This document shows positions 51,618-61,032 of a DNA stretch of 64,000 bases, one piece after another. Where the stretch lies: the NCBI GenBank assembly GCA_963848305.1, contig CAWKDC010000003.1, positions 96,001 to 160,000 of the forward strand, given 5' to 3'. This DNA is from an uncultured Gammaproteobacteria bacterium. GTDB taxonomy: Bacteria > Pseudomonadota > Gammaproteobacteria > JABCZS01. Under the pieces are notes generated by a model that saw only the letters and a list, made by a program, of their open reading frames with translations, was not told the DNA's origin and did not search any database. Each line of letters begins with the position of its first letter. The first letter of the stretch is position 1. A program made the position numbers and the translations under genes.

Positions 51618-51831
51618 TCGAGTCAATGGATAGAATTTAACCCATTAATATTTAAAAACGCTATTCTTAACCTTCGGTAGAGACTGAAGAATATCAACCT
51701 TGCAATCTTATGCGAGATTGTGTAAATTGTAGCTATTAAATCATCTTTTGGAAATGTGGGGCAGTAAATAGACAGCAAAGATTGATGATGTACTTTCATG
51801 ACAGACAATTTGTTTGAAGGACTGGAGTGTT

Positions 51832-52530
51832 ATGCCATTATTATTTAGATTTGCGAATAGAGTCATCTCATCATTTTCAGGTTCTCCTGAAGCCTATTTA
51901 AATGTCAGATCACCTCATATTTCAACGCTCACTATTGTCGGTCCAACAAAATTGTGGTCTCACCCACTCGATCAGGCGAGAGTGGATCTCATACATCCGA
52001 GCGATGAAGCGATCGATCACCTGATGACTTTCATTGAAAAGGATGGTCACGTAAAATCGTTAGATCTTGAAGCTGCAATTCTTTCCAAGCAATCAATGCA
52101 TATTGTTGCTCAGCGGATCAAACGTTGCACGGTACTTGAATCCCTTCGGATGAATGTTAAAACACTCGATGAAGATATCATGGTAAACCTCTTGCAAGGG
52201 TTAATTGAAAATCAAGGTCTCAAGGAGTTTACTGCTGTTGGTCGATTCATGATAGATGGAAATCAGCTTTTATCGAACGATGTGGTATCACGGATTGCTC
52301 ATCTGGTAGAAGCTAACCTAAGCCTGCAGAATATTGACTTGCGAGGCGCAACAGTGAGTGATACAGGTCGAGATTGTTTGCAAAGGCCTTACACCCATTC
52401 TCCTCACTCCCTCCCGAACCTGACCATTGGTATTTCTGTAAAACCTTGGTACGATAGAACCGTTCACACCCTTTCAAAGAAATTAACGCAACCCGCCAGC
52501 CCCACACACACATCCACCAATAAATCCTGA
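51832..52530 (+). CDS. Hypothetical protein with RNI-like leucine-rich repeats (effector-like)
   Basis: RBS GGAG; ~28-35-aa units VKSLDLEAAIL, LESLRMN, LKEFTA, SLQNIDLRGATVSDTG. Confidence 0.62.
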   Translation: MPLLFRFANRVISSFSGSPEAYLNVRSPHISTLTIVGPTKLWSHPLDQARVDLIHPSDEAIDHLMTFIEKDGHVKSLDLEAAILSKQSMHIVAQRIKRCTVLESLRMNVKTLDEDIMVNLLQGLIENQGLKEFTAVGRFMIDGNQLLSNDVVSRIAHLVEANLSLQNIDLRGATVSDTGRDCLQRPYTHSPHSLPNLTIGISVKPWYDRTVHTLSKKLTQPASPTHTSTNKS

Positions 52531-53450
52531 GCAATGAAATTTTCATGCCCGCCTTTTAAAGCGCGATCGCAACGTGCACATTGTTTTAATAAATCAGACA
52601 AATCGGAGTCGCTCAAACGTTTCAATGCATTCATGAAGAGAGATTTGCGTTTGGGAAGGATCATCGGGTTTTGATTTGCTTTCAAGCCGATCAGTGTTTC
52701 AATATCGCGTGTCAGCGCCCATAAAATTAACACGCTCACATCAGATTGTGTATTCAATTGTTCTAATAATGAAATTGTCTTGGCAGCATCGCCTTTCAAG
52801 GCGGCATCAGTTAAATCGAAAACTTCGCAGGGGACTGTGTCAGGCAAATAATCCTGCAACACTTGCACATCAATGGTTTTAACAGGCAATGAAGACAAAC
52901 GTAACAAGGTTTGTTTGGCAGACAATAAATCTGAACATTGCGCTAAAAACAATGACCAGGCATCGGCCGTGAATTGCAAATTTGCCTGTTTCGCTAAACC
53001 TAAAACATAGTGCTGAAACGCATCGCCCTCGAGTGGCCACAATGGGAGCCAAACAACATGGGGTAATAATGCTTCAAACCACTTTGTTTTTTGTGTGGAT
53101 GATTCAATTTTGGGAGATACGATTGCGATGCATGCGCTGCCGGGAAAAGTTTGTGAGCAGGCATGAAGCTGCGCTTGAATGCCATCTTTGAATTTGGATT
53201 CTGTCATGTGGCATTCGTAAAAAGGTTTCGGTGTAAAAAGTGAAAAGTTTTGACGTTGCGCTTCGAAATGATGCCAATCATTTGCGTTGGTCAGTGAGAC
53301 AATTTCGCGTTCATAACCTTGTGCAATTGCGGCAGCACGCAGGCTGATCAGGGCTTCTTCTCTCAGCAGCGGATCGTCTGTACTGATCCAGTAGAACGGT
53401 TTGAGCGGGGCTTTCATCAATGAAGGCCAGTCTCGCCATTGTGCTTTCAT
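52464..53450 (-). CDS. holA: DNA polymerase III subunit delta
   Basis: DDPLLREE, NFSLF, KTKWF, VFDLTDAALKGD, DRALKG; follows lptE. Confidence 0.85.
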   Translation of the reverse strand: MKAQWRDWPSLMKAPLKPFYWISTDDPLLREEALISLRAAAIAQGYEREIVSLTNANDWHHFEAQRQNFSLFTPKPFYECHMTESKFKDGIQAQLHACSQTFPGSACIAIVSPKIESSTQKTKWFEALLPHVVWLPLWPLEGDAFQHYVLGLAKQANLQFTADAWSLFLAQCSDLLSAKQTLLRLSSLPVKTIDVQVLQDYLPDTVPCEVFDLTDAALKGDAAKTISLLEQLNTQSDVSVLILWALTRDIETLIGLKANQNPMILPKRKSLFMNALKRLSDSDLSDLLKQCARCDRALKGGHENFIAQDLLVDVCVGLAGCVNFFERV

Positions 53451-53977
53451 GGGTTTTTTTCCTTTAATGCTTTTTCCTTGCGTTCCCGTGCGGCCACGAC
53501 ATTCAATCGGTAATAAATTTGTGCAGAGGCTTCTTCACGCATTTCAGCGATCATCACTGTTTCTTCTTGATTTTGACCCAATATGCGGCTTGGGTCAAGG
53601 TTTAGCATGCGATTGACTTGAACCGATTGTCCGCCGAGTGAGCCTGATACCGGTGAAATAATTTCAAAGAAAATCGTATAAATCATGTATTCTTGCTTCG
53701 CTTGCGCATCTGTGCCAATCACCAAAACTTCTCGCACATAATGCTCAGGTTTCAAGCGTATGACATACAGTTCGGCAGAGGCGGGAGAGACTGTCACGTT
53801 GATATCGCGCAAATAACGGCGAAAGACGCGTTGGAAATACTCTGTTGGGGAGTCTGGTTGAATGGCTAATGTGGTGACGAGATAATCGGCATTTCTCTGT
53901 GTACCTCGCAAATGAAACCCGCAGCTGACAATCAGCAAAACAGACAATAACAACGCGTATTTTAAACAGTGCTTCAT
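53447..53977 (-). CDS. lptE: LPS assembly lipoprotein LptE
   Basis: Lipobox then CGFHLRG; between leuS and holA. Confidence 0.9.
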   Translation of the reverse strand: MKHCLKYALLLSVLLIVSCGFHLRGTQRNADYLVTTLAIQPDSPTEYFQRVFRRYLRDINVTVSPASAELYVIRLKPEHYVREVLVIGTDAQAKQEYMIYTIFFEIISPVSGSLGGQSVQVNRMLNLDPSRILGQNQEETVMIAEMREEASAQIYYRLNVVAARERKEKALKEKNP

Positions 53978-56406
53978 TCGGACACCACAATGTTGACGAG
54001 ACGATTTTTCACGACCACTATCTTCTTCACTGTTTTACCATCGATATACGTTTTCGCTTTCGGCGCATTCAAAGCCAAAGTTTGAATATCAGATTCGCCC
54101 ATGTCAACAGGGACTTCAATTTGGTCGCGTAATTTTCCATTGATTTGAACAACCAAAGTACATGACTCTTGTGTCAATGCAGCATGATCGACAAGCGGCC
54201 ACGCAGTCAGTGCGACAGGCTCTTGGTGGCCCTTGAGCGACCACAAATAATGCGCCACATGTGGAGTGAATGGTTCTAGCATACGTATCAAGGCACTGAC
54301 GGCCTCTTCAATTACGCCGGCATCACCCTCGTTATTGATGGGCGCTTTGATCAAAGCATTCGTCAGTTCCATCATGGATGCAATGGCTGTGTTAAAACTT
54401 TGACGACGTGCAATGTCGTCAGTGACCTTTTCAATGGTGAGATGCACAAGACGACGCAAAGATTTCTGATCGGGATTTAAATCTTTCAATGAGGGTGTAA
54501 AGGAATGTGATTGCGTTGCCAGCACAAAAAAACGTTTCAAATAACGGTGAGCCCCTTCAACGCCTTGATCACTCCATTCTAAACTCTGTTCCGGTGGTGC
54601 GGCAAACATGCTGAATAAACGGACCGTATCAGCCCCATATTTTTCAATCAGCGCATCGGGATCAACGGTGTTGCCTTTGGATTTAGACATTTTCGCGCCG
54701 TCCTTCAGCACCATGCCTTGAGTCAGCAATGCAGTGAAAGGTTCATTGCTGGTGACGAGTCCAGTATCGCGCATGGCTTTATGAAAAAATCGTGCATACA
54801 GTAAATGCATGCATGCATGTTCAATGCCGCCGACATATTGATTAACGGGCAACCAATCATTTGCGCGTTTATCTAGCATGGTTTTTGCATCGGGGCATGT
54901 ATAACGCGCATAATACCAGGAAGATTCCACAAAGGTATCAAACGTATCGGTTTCACGTTTAGCGGGTTGATGACATGTCGGGCAATTCACTGTATAAAAA
55001 CGGGGATCCTTGGTGAGTGGTGATGCTTTGCCATCAGGAAATAAATCAGTTGGTAATAGAACAGGTAAATCCTTTTCAGGAACCGGAACAGCGCCACACA
55101 CATCACAGTAAATAATCGGTATCGGTGTTCCCCAGTAACGTTGACGTGAAACGCTCCAGTCACGCAAACGAAAGGCTGTTTTCGGTGTGCCTTTGTGCTG
55201 AGATTTTAATAAATTGCTGATGTTCAACCGTGCATCGCTGCTCGTTTGCCCCGTGAATTCACCTGATGAAATAAGGACACCATCGTCAGTTAAGGCGGAT
55301 TTGTCATAATCATGAGCAGATTGATTATCAATCACCACGCGGATAGGCAAACCATATTGTTGTGCGAATTCGAAATCACGCTCATCGTGCGCAGGAACAG
55401 CCATCACTGCACCGCTACCGTAATCCATCAAGACAAAATTTGCGATCCAGATCGGCAGATTCTCGCCGGTGAGGGGATGAATTGCTTCTAAATGTGTATA
55501 CATGCCTTCCTTTTCAGCTGTAGCGATATCTGCTTCAGCGACAGAGCGCGTTTTGCAATGTTCTACAAATTTATTGATATCAGGATATTTTTTGGCAGCT
55601 TCGAGAGCGAGAGGATGTTGCGGGGCAATGGCCAAATAAGTTGCGCCAAAAATAGTGTCTAGGCGAGTGGTATAAATCGTCAGAGGAGTGTGATTGGGGA
55701 CCTCAAATACTACATCGCATCCCATCGACTTGCCAATCCAATTGCGTTGCATTGTACGAACTTGGTGAGGCCAATGGGTTAGCTTGTCAATGTCGTGTAA
55801 TAATTCATCTGCATAATCAGTGATTTTAATAAACCATTGCGGTATTTCACGTTGTTCAACCAATGCGCCGGAGCGCCAACCACGTCCGTCAATGACTTGT
55901 TCATTAGCGAGAACGGTTTGATCAACGGGATCCCAATTGATCAGGGTGGTTTTACGGTAAACGAGTCCCTTTTTCAAGAGTTGCAGAAAAAACCATTGTT
56001 CATGCTGATAATATTCAGGTTCACATGTGGTGATTTCACGTGACCAATCGAAAGAGAAACCGAGGCGTTGAAATTGCGCTTTCATGGTGGCAATGTTTTT
56101 TTTAGTCCACGCTGCGGGTGCCACTTTGTGTGCAATCGCTGCATTTTCTGCAGGAAGACCAAATGAATCCCAGCCGATGGGATGAAGCACATTTTTATTC
56201 TGCATGCGTTGAAAGCGGGCAATCACATCACCAAGCGTATAATTACGCACATGCCCCATGTGAAGATGACCACTTGGATAGGGCAGCATGCTTAAGCAAA
56301 AAAATTTTTCGCGCGTATCATGATGATCGTTGGCTTGAAAAGTGTGATGTTCAGCCCAATAGGTTTGTGCCTGCGTTTCTATGGTTTTTGGTTCATATGT
56401 GTTCAT
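53974..56406 (-). CDS. leuS: Leucine--tRNA ligase
   Basis: PYPSGHLHMGH, RLRDWSVSRQRYWG, KMSKS. Confidence 0.98.
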   Translation of the reverse strand: MNTYEPKTIETQAQTYWAEHHTFQANDHHDTREKFFCLSMLPYPSGHLHMGHVRNYTLGDVIARFQRMQNKNVLHPIGWDSFGLPAENAAIAHKVAPAAWTKKNIATMKAQFQRLGFSFDWSREITTCEPEYYQHEQWFFLQLLKKGLVYRKTTLINWDPVDQTVLANEQVIDGRGWRSGALVEQREIPQWFIKITDYADELLHDIDKLTHWPHQVRTMQRNWIGKSMGCDVVFEVPNHTPLTIYTTRLDTIFGATYLAIAPQHPLALEAAKKYPDINKFVEHCKTRSVAEADIATAEKEGMYTHLEAIHPLTGENLPIWIANFVLMDYGSGAVMAVPAHDERDFEFAQQYGLPIRVVIDNQSAHDYDKSALTDDGVLISSGEFTGQTSSDARLNISNLLKSQHKGTPKTAFRLRDWSVSRQRYWGTPIPIIYCDVCGAVPVPEKDLPVLLPTDLFPDGKASPLTKDPRFYTVNCPTCHQPAKRETDTFDTFVESSWYYARYTCPDAKTMLDKRANDWLPVNQYVGGIEHACMHLLYARFFHKAMRDTGLVTSNEPFTALLTQGMVLKDGAKMSKSKGNTVDPDALIEKYGADTVRLFSMFAAPPEQSLEWSDQGVEGAHRYLKRFFVLATQSHSFTPSLKDLNPDQKSLRRLVHLTIEKVTDDIARRQSFNTAIASMMELTNALIKAPINNEGDAGVIEEAVSALIRMLEPFTPHVAHYLWSLKGHQEPVALTAWPLVDHAALTQESCTLVVQINGKLRDQIEVPVDMGESDIQTLALNAPKAKTYIDGKTVKKIVVVKNRLVNIVVSE

Positions 56407-58442
56407 TGTGATGCATTCCTATTCAAAACAAATCCAAGGATGAATGAAAATTCTTCTGCCACTTCTTCAATTTCATGGTAACGACCTGTTCGACCTTGAT
56501 GGCCAGCACTCATTTGTACTTTCAACAAAATGGGCGCATTATTTATTTGATTATCGCGCAAACGTGCGACCCATTTAGCTGCTTCCCAGTAGGGTACACG
56601 AGGATCATTCAAACCTGCTGTCGCGAACACCGTAGGATACGCTGCCTGTCGTACATTTTCGTATGGCGCATAAGATCGGATATATTCGTAATAAGTGGGA
56701 TCGTGCGGGTTTCCCCATTCTTCGTATTCGAGCACTGTAAGCGGGAGCTTTTCATCCAACATGGTGTTCAAAACATCTACAAAGGGAACATGTGCAATGG
56801 CGGCGCGAAACAGTTCAGGCGCTTCATTCAGCACGGCGCCAATCAACAATCCTCCTGCGCTGCCGCCTGATATGATCATTTGATCAGCTGAGGTGTATTG
56901 CTGTTCAATGAGATATTTTGCGCAGTCAATGAAGTCTGTGAAGGTGTTTTTTTTATGTAAAAAACGGCCTGCTTCATGCCAAGCATCCCCATATTCACCG
57001 CCGCCGCGAATATGCGCAATGGCATAAATAAAGCCACGGTTGAGTAAACTCAGTCGTGAATATGAAAAATAAGGATCGCTATCGATGCCGTAAGCGCCGT
57101 ACCCGTTAAGTGACAGAGGCATATTGTTTTGTTTTAAAGCAGTCTTGTAGACGAGAGAGATAGGAATGCGTGTGCCATCTCGAGCTGTCGCAAAAATACG
57201 CTCACTGGTATAGTCTTTAGCATTGAAATCGCCTAAGACAGGCGCTTGTTTAAGCAATTTTTTCTCACGTGTATTCATGTCATATGCAAAATCGCACGGC
57301 GGAGATGCCAGAGAAACGTATGTCAGTCTCAAGCTGTCTGTTGCGTATTCCCAGTTTTGACCAAGATGGATGGTGTAGGTCGGTTCATCAAACGTCATCC
57401 AATGGCGACTTAAATCGTCAACCTTTAAAATACAAATTTGCGATAATCCATCGCGACGACATTCAAGCACAATGTGATCTTTGAAAATAGAAAAACCATC
57501 CAGCGGGACAGAGGGTGCCAGAAGCACAACCGTTTCCCATTGATCATGTGCAATGTTATCAATACGGCAGCGCTTGAGCGAGAAACTGGCACCGTCTTCG
57601 TTGGTACGAATATAAAAATACTCGCCTTGGTGATCGATATCATATTCGTGACTGTGTTCGCGCGCATGAAATAATTGTAGAGGTCCTCGAGGTTGATGGG
57701 CTTCAGTGAAATAAACCTCGCTCGTTAATTTGCTGGCAATGTTGATCAACAAGTAGGCATCGCTCATACTCCGGTAGATGGCGAGTGAATAGCGTTCATC
57801 TTTTTCTTCATGGATCAGTTCGTCTGCTTGTTCGCCTTGTGTATCGTGGCACCAGACTTGATAGGGGCGTTGCGCGTCATCATAACGGCAATACCAGATA
57901 TCGCGGTGATTTGTGCTGAACACAATGCTGCTCGCCACATCTTCCAAAATACGTGTATGTGCCCCTGGTTTTTCAAGATCTAACATCCAGACTTCATAGC
58001 GCTCGTCGCCACTGGTATCTACAGAAATGGCCAATTTATTTTGAATGATATTCAGGGCGTATTGGCCGACCTCGAAATAATCATATTGACTTGCATGCGT
58101 ATTTTCATCAAAAATAATGGTTTCAGGCCCACCGCCTCTGGGACGTCGGCAGAATATATCGTGCTGCAAGCCTTCTTGGGTTTTGAAATAATATTCATAA
58201 TCCCCATAGGGCCAGGGGAAGTCTTGATCGGTTTCTTGAATACGAGCCAAGGTTTCATTATAAATAGTTTGCTTGATAGCTTTATGAGGCTCAAGCATGT
58301 GTTCAGTGTAAGCATTTTCTGCCTGAAGATGTGCAATCACTTCAGAATTATCACGTTCAACCAGCCAGTGGTAAGGGTCAGCGCGCTTGACGCCCTGTTC
58401 CTCATGTACATAGGGATGTTGCGCGGTTTTAGGTGGGTTCAT
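56403..58442 (-). CDS. ptrB: Oligopeptidase B (S9A)
   Basis: DPYHWL, GYGAYG, HIRGGGE, GGSAGG, DPRVPYWE.AKW, AGH. Confidence 0.92.
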   Translation of the reverse strand: MNPPKTAQHPYVHEEQGVKRADPYHWLVERDNSEVIAHLQAENAYTEHMLEPHKAIKQTIYNETLARIQETDQDFPWPYGDYEYYFKTQEGLQHDIFCRRPRGGGPETIIFDENTHASQYDYFEVGQYALNIIQNKLAISVDTSGDERYEVWMLDLEKPGAHTRILEDVASSIVFSTNHRDIWYCRYDDAQRPYQVWCHDTQGEQADELIHEEKDERYSLAIYRSMSDAYLLINIASKLTSEVYFTEAHQPRGPLQLFHAREHSHEYDIDHQGEYFYIRTNEDGASFSLKRCRIDNIAHDQWETVVLLAPSVPLDGFSIFKDHIVLECRRDGLSQICILKVDDLSRHWMTFDEPTYTIHLGQNWEYATDSLRLTYVSLASPPCDFAYDMNTREKKLLKQAPVLGDFNAKDYTSERIFATARDGTRIPISLVYKTALKQNNMPLSLNGYGAYGIDSDPYFSYSRLSLLNRGFIYAIAHIRGGGEYGDAWHEAGRFLHKKNTFTDFIDCAKYLIEQQYTSADQMIISGGSAGGLLIGAVLNEAPELFRAAIAHVPFVDVLNTMLDEKLPLTVLEYEEWGNPHDPTYYEYIRSYAPYENVRQAAYPTVFATAGLNDPRVPYWEAAKWVARLRDNQINNAPILLKVQMSAGHQGRTGRYHEIEEVAEEFSFILGFVLNRNASQ

Positions 58443-58470
58443 CGTACGCTCCTCGGGTAAGGCGTATTAT

Positions 58471-61032
58471 ATGCTATTTATGGTACGATTAGGCAAGCTT
58501 CCGAATCAAGAAAGGTTAATTTTGCACAACAACTATTTATTAACAGTCAATCGTCGTTTGGCCAGATCGCTCAAGGCTGCACGTGCCAAGGGAGAAGGGC
58601 CTTTGAACGCATTTGCGGGTAAGATCATGGCGTTTGACGACTTCCTAGCGGCAACCTATGAAAGTCAGCGCGTTTCAGGCAATGCCTACTGGCGTTTGTC
58701 TTCCCTTCAAGAAAGAATGCTGTGGGTTGAATCCTTGTCTCACTGCTATACGCTAGGGTTTTCTCGTGAGCAAACCATTCAATCCGCACGGGATGCCTAT
58801 GCCCGGGTGAAAGCCTATCAGTTAACCACCGGGCAGTTACAAGGGTACAAAGAAGATGGGGATCTATTTGTGCAATCCATGCAATTGTTTGAGGAAAAAT
58901 GCCACGCATTGGGGGCCATTGCCAGCAGTGCGGTGCTGGAACACACATTGCCTTTTCCTTGCGAGAACATCATATTTTATGGATTTGACGAATTCACGCC
59001 TGCTCAACAAAGTTTGATCGATCAGTTTTCTTCGGGTGGTACGCGGATCGAGATCATGCCTCAACCGCATCGACCGAGCACTGTGGTCAAAACTGCTGCC
59101 ATTGATAGGCAAGATGAATTATACCGCGCGGCATGCTATGCACAGAAAATGCATGAGCAGGGAAAAACCATGGCGATTGTGGTGCCGCAATTGCAATCAG
59201 AATGGCATGCGGTGGAACGACAGATGGCTGCCGTGTTTAAGCCAGGTTACTATTTTCCGGGGGCACCAGTATCAGATACGCCCTATAACATTTCTGCTGG
59301 CGAATCACTCAGTGCGCAACCAATGATACATGCTTTGCTACAAACCTTTGAATTATTGCAGCGTGAGACACGGATACAAGTTTGGCAAAATATTCTGCAT
59401 TCGCCCTTTATCAAAGGGGGTATGAGTGAGGCGAGCGAGAGAGCCGTTTTTGATTTCATCATTCACGATACTGAATCGCTCACATTAACACTGGACACTG
59501 TCAGACAGATGGATGTGGCTATTCCAGAGATACTGCGTGAACAGTTGGAACAGGTTTCATTCATTAAATCTAGCATTTATCAAAACAGATCCATGAAAGC
59601 ATGGATGATATGGCTAAAAGACTGGATTGCAACATGGGGATGGGCTCAAGAGCGCACATTGAACAGTGCTGAATATCAATGCGTGAATATGTTCTATGAA
59701 ATTTTGCCATCGCTTTTTCAGTATGATGTATTGAAGCAATCATGCTCATTCAGGGAATTTTTGGATGCCTTACATGTTTTGCTGAAAGAAACATTGTTTC
59801 AAATCGAAACACAAGACAAACCCATTCAAGTGCTGGGGTTGCTGGAAGCAGCAGGGTTATCGTTCGATTGTATTTGGATCGTGGGTTTAACTGCAGATGT
59901 TTTCCCCGGAAGAGCATCACCACATCCATTTTTACCGACACAGACACAAATTCAACTCAACATGCCCCATTGCAGTTCGTCGAGAGAATTGCAGGTTGCT
60001 CAACGGTTATTAGATCGTTTGCTTGTCAGCGCTGATCACGTGATTTTATCGTATCCGATGCACGATGCTTCAGGTGAAGTGCAATTAGAAAGTCCGTTGA
60101 TAGCACAATATTCCTATCAATCAATGAACGAGTTGGTTGAGACTCCGTCGAGAATGAGCAGAGTGATTGCGCAGTGTCAACACATGCATGAATATCAGGA
60201 TGATAATGGTTCAGCATTGTCAAATATTCACTTGAAAGGCGGCAGTGCTGTTTTTAAAGATCAAAGTGCTTGTGCATTTCGTGGTTACCTTAAACATCGT
60301 TTAGGTGCCCGGGCACCAAAATCACCTGTCATGGGGTTAAGTGAAGCGATGCAAGGCAAAATCGCGCACGAGATTCTTGAAAAATTTTGGAGTTCCATTA
60401 AAACGCAGGCAGCGTTGATCGCATTGGATGATGAAAGCATTCGAGATGATATGATAAAACATATTGAACTCGTGCTCCATCAAGTTTCGCCAGCGTTAGC
60501 AGCACGCAGTATCGAGATTGAATCACAACGTCTGATAGACTTAATGTGCCGATGGGTTGAGATTGAAAAATCGAGAGAACCTTTTCAAGTGATAGCCACC
60601 GAGCAAAGAATCGACGCACAGGTATTTGGATTGAATGTTAAACTGACTATTGATAGGATTGATCAAGTTCAGAACGATCAGACTTTACTGATCGACTATA
60701 AAACAGGAGATGTTCGCATTGAATCATGGAACGATGATCGCATGGATGAACCTCAATTACCGCTTTATGCCATCGTTTCGAATCCTACCCCAGCTGACAT
60801 CAGTTTTGCCTGCTTGAAAAAAAATAAAATGGGGATGAAGCGTATTCACGAAGAAGATCCGATAAAATGGCAGTCCATGCTACAAACATTCCGTGAACGT
60901 ATTTCACGATTGGCAGATGAAATCAAAAGGGGATATGCAGCAAAGAATCCAAAAAATGGATCGAGCACGTGTGAGACTTGTGATCTGCAATCAGGTTGTC
61001 GTTTATATACGGGAGGCGTAAATGCAGGATAG
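58471..61032 (+). CDS. AddB-like PD-(D/E)XK nuclease / DNA repair protein (start possibly TTG 58522)
   Basis: TVNRRLAR, LEAAGL.FD, CAFR, IDRIDQ, LIDYKTG, QLPLY, CETCDLQSGC Fe-S motif. Confidence 0.85.
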   Translation: MLFMVRLGKLPNQERLILHNNYLLTVNRRLARSLKAARAKGEGPLNAFAGKIMAFDDFLAATYESQRVSGNAYWRLSSLQERMLWVESLSHCYTLGFSREQTIQSARDAYARVKAYQLTTGQLQGYKEDGDLFVQSMQLFEEKCHALGAIASSAVLEHTLPFPCENIIFYGFDEFTPAQQSLIDQFSSGGTRIEIMPQPHRPSTVVKTAAIDRQDELYRAACYAQKMHEQGKTMAIVVPQLQSEWHAVERQMAAVFKPGYYFPGAPVSDTPYNISAGESLSAQPMIHALLQTFELLQRETRIQVWQNILHSPFIKGGMSEASERAVFDFIIHDTESLTLTLDTVRQMDVAIPEILREQLEQVSFIKSSIYQNRSMKAWMIWLKDWIATWGWAQERTLNSAEYQCVNMFYEILPSLFQYDVLKQSCSFREFLDALHVLLKETLFQIETQDKPIQVLGLLEAAGLSFDCIWIVGLTADVFPGRASPHPFLPTQTQIQLNMPHCSSSRELQVAQRLLDRLLVSADHVILSYPMHDASGEVQLESPLIAQYSYQSMNELVETPSRMSRVIAQCQHMHEYQDDNGSALSNIHLKGGSAVFKDQSACAFRGYLKHRLGARAPKSPVMGLSEAMQGKIAHEILEKFWSSIKTQAALIALDDESIRDDMIKHIELVLHQVSPALAARSIEIESQRLIDLMCRWVEIEKSREPFQVIATEQRIDAQVFGLNVKLTIDRIDQVQNDQTLLIDYKTGDVRIESWNDDRMDEPQLPLYAIVSNPTPADISFACLKKNKMGMKRIHEEDPIKWQSMLQTFRERISRLADEIKRGYAAKNPKNGSSTCETCDLQSGCRLYTGGVNAG

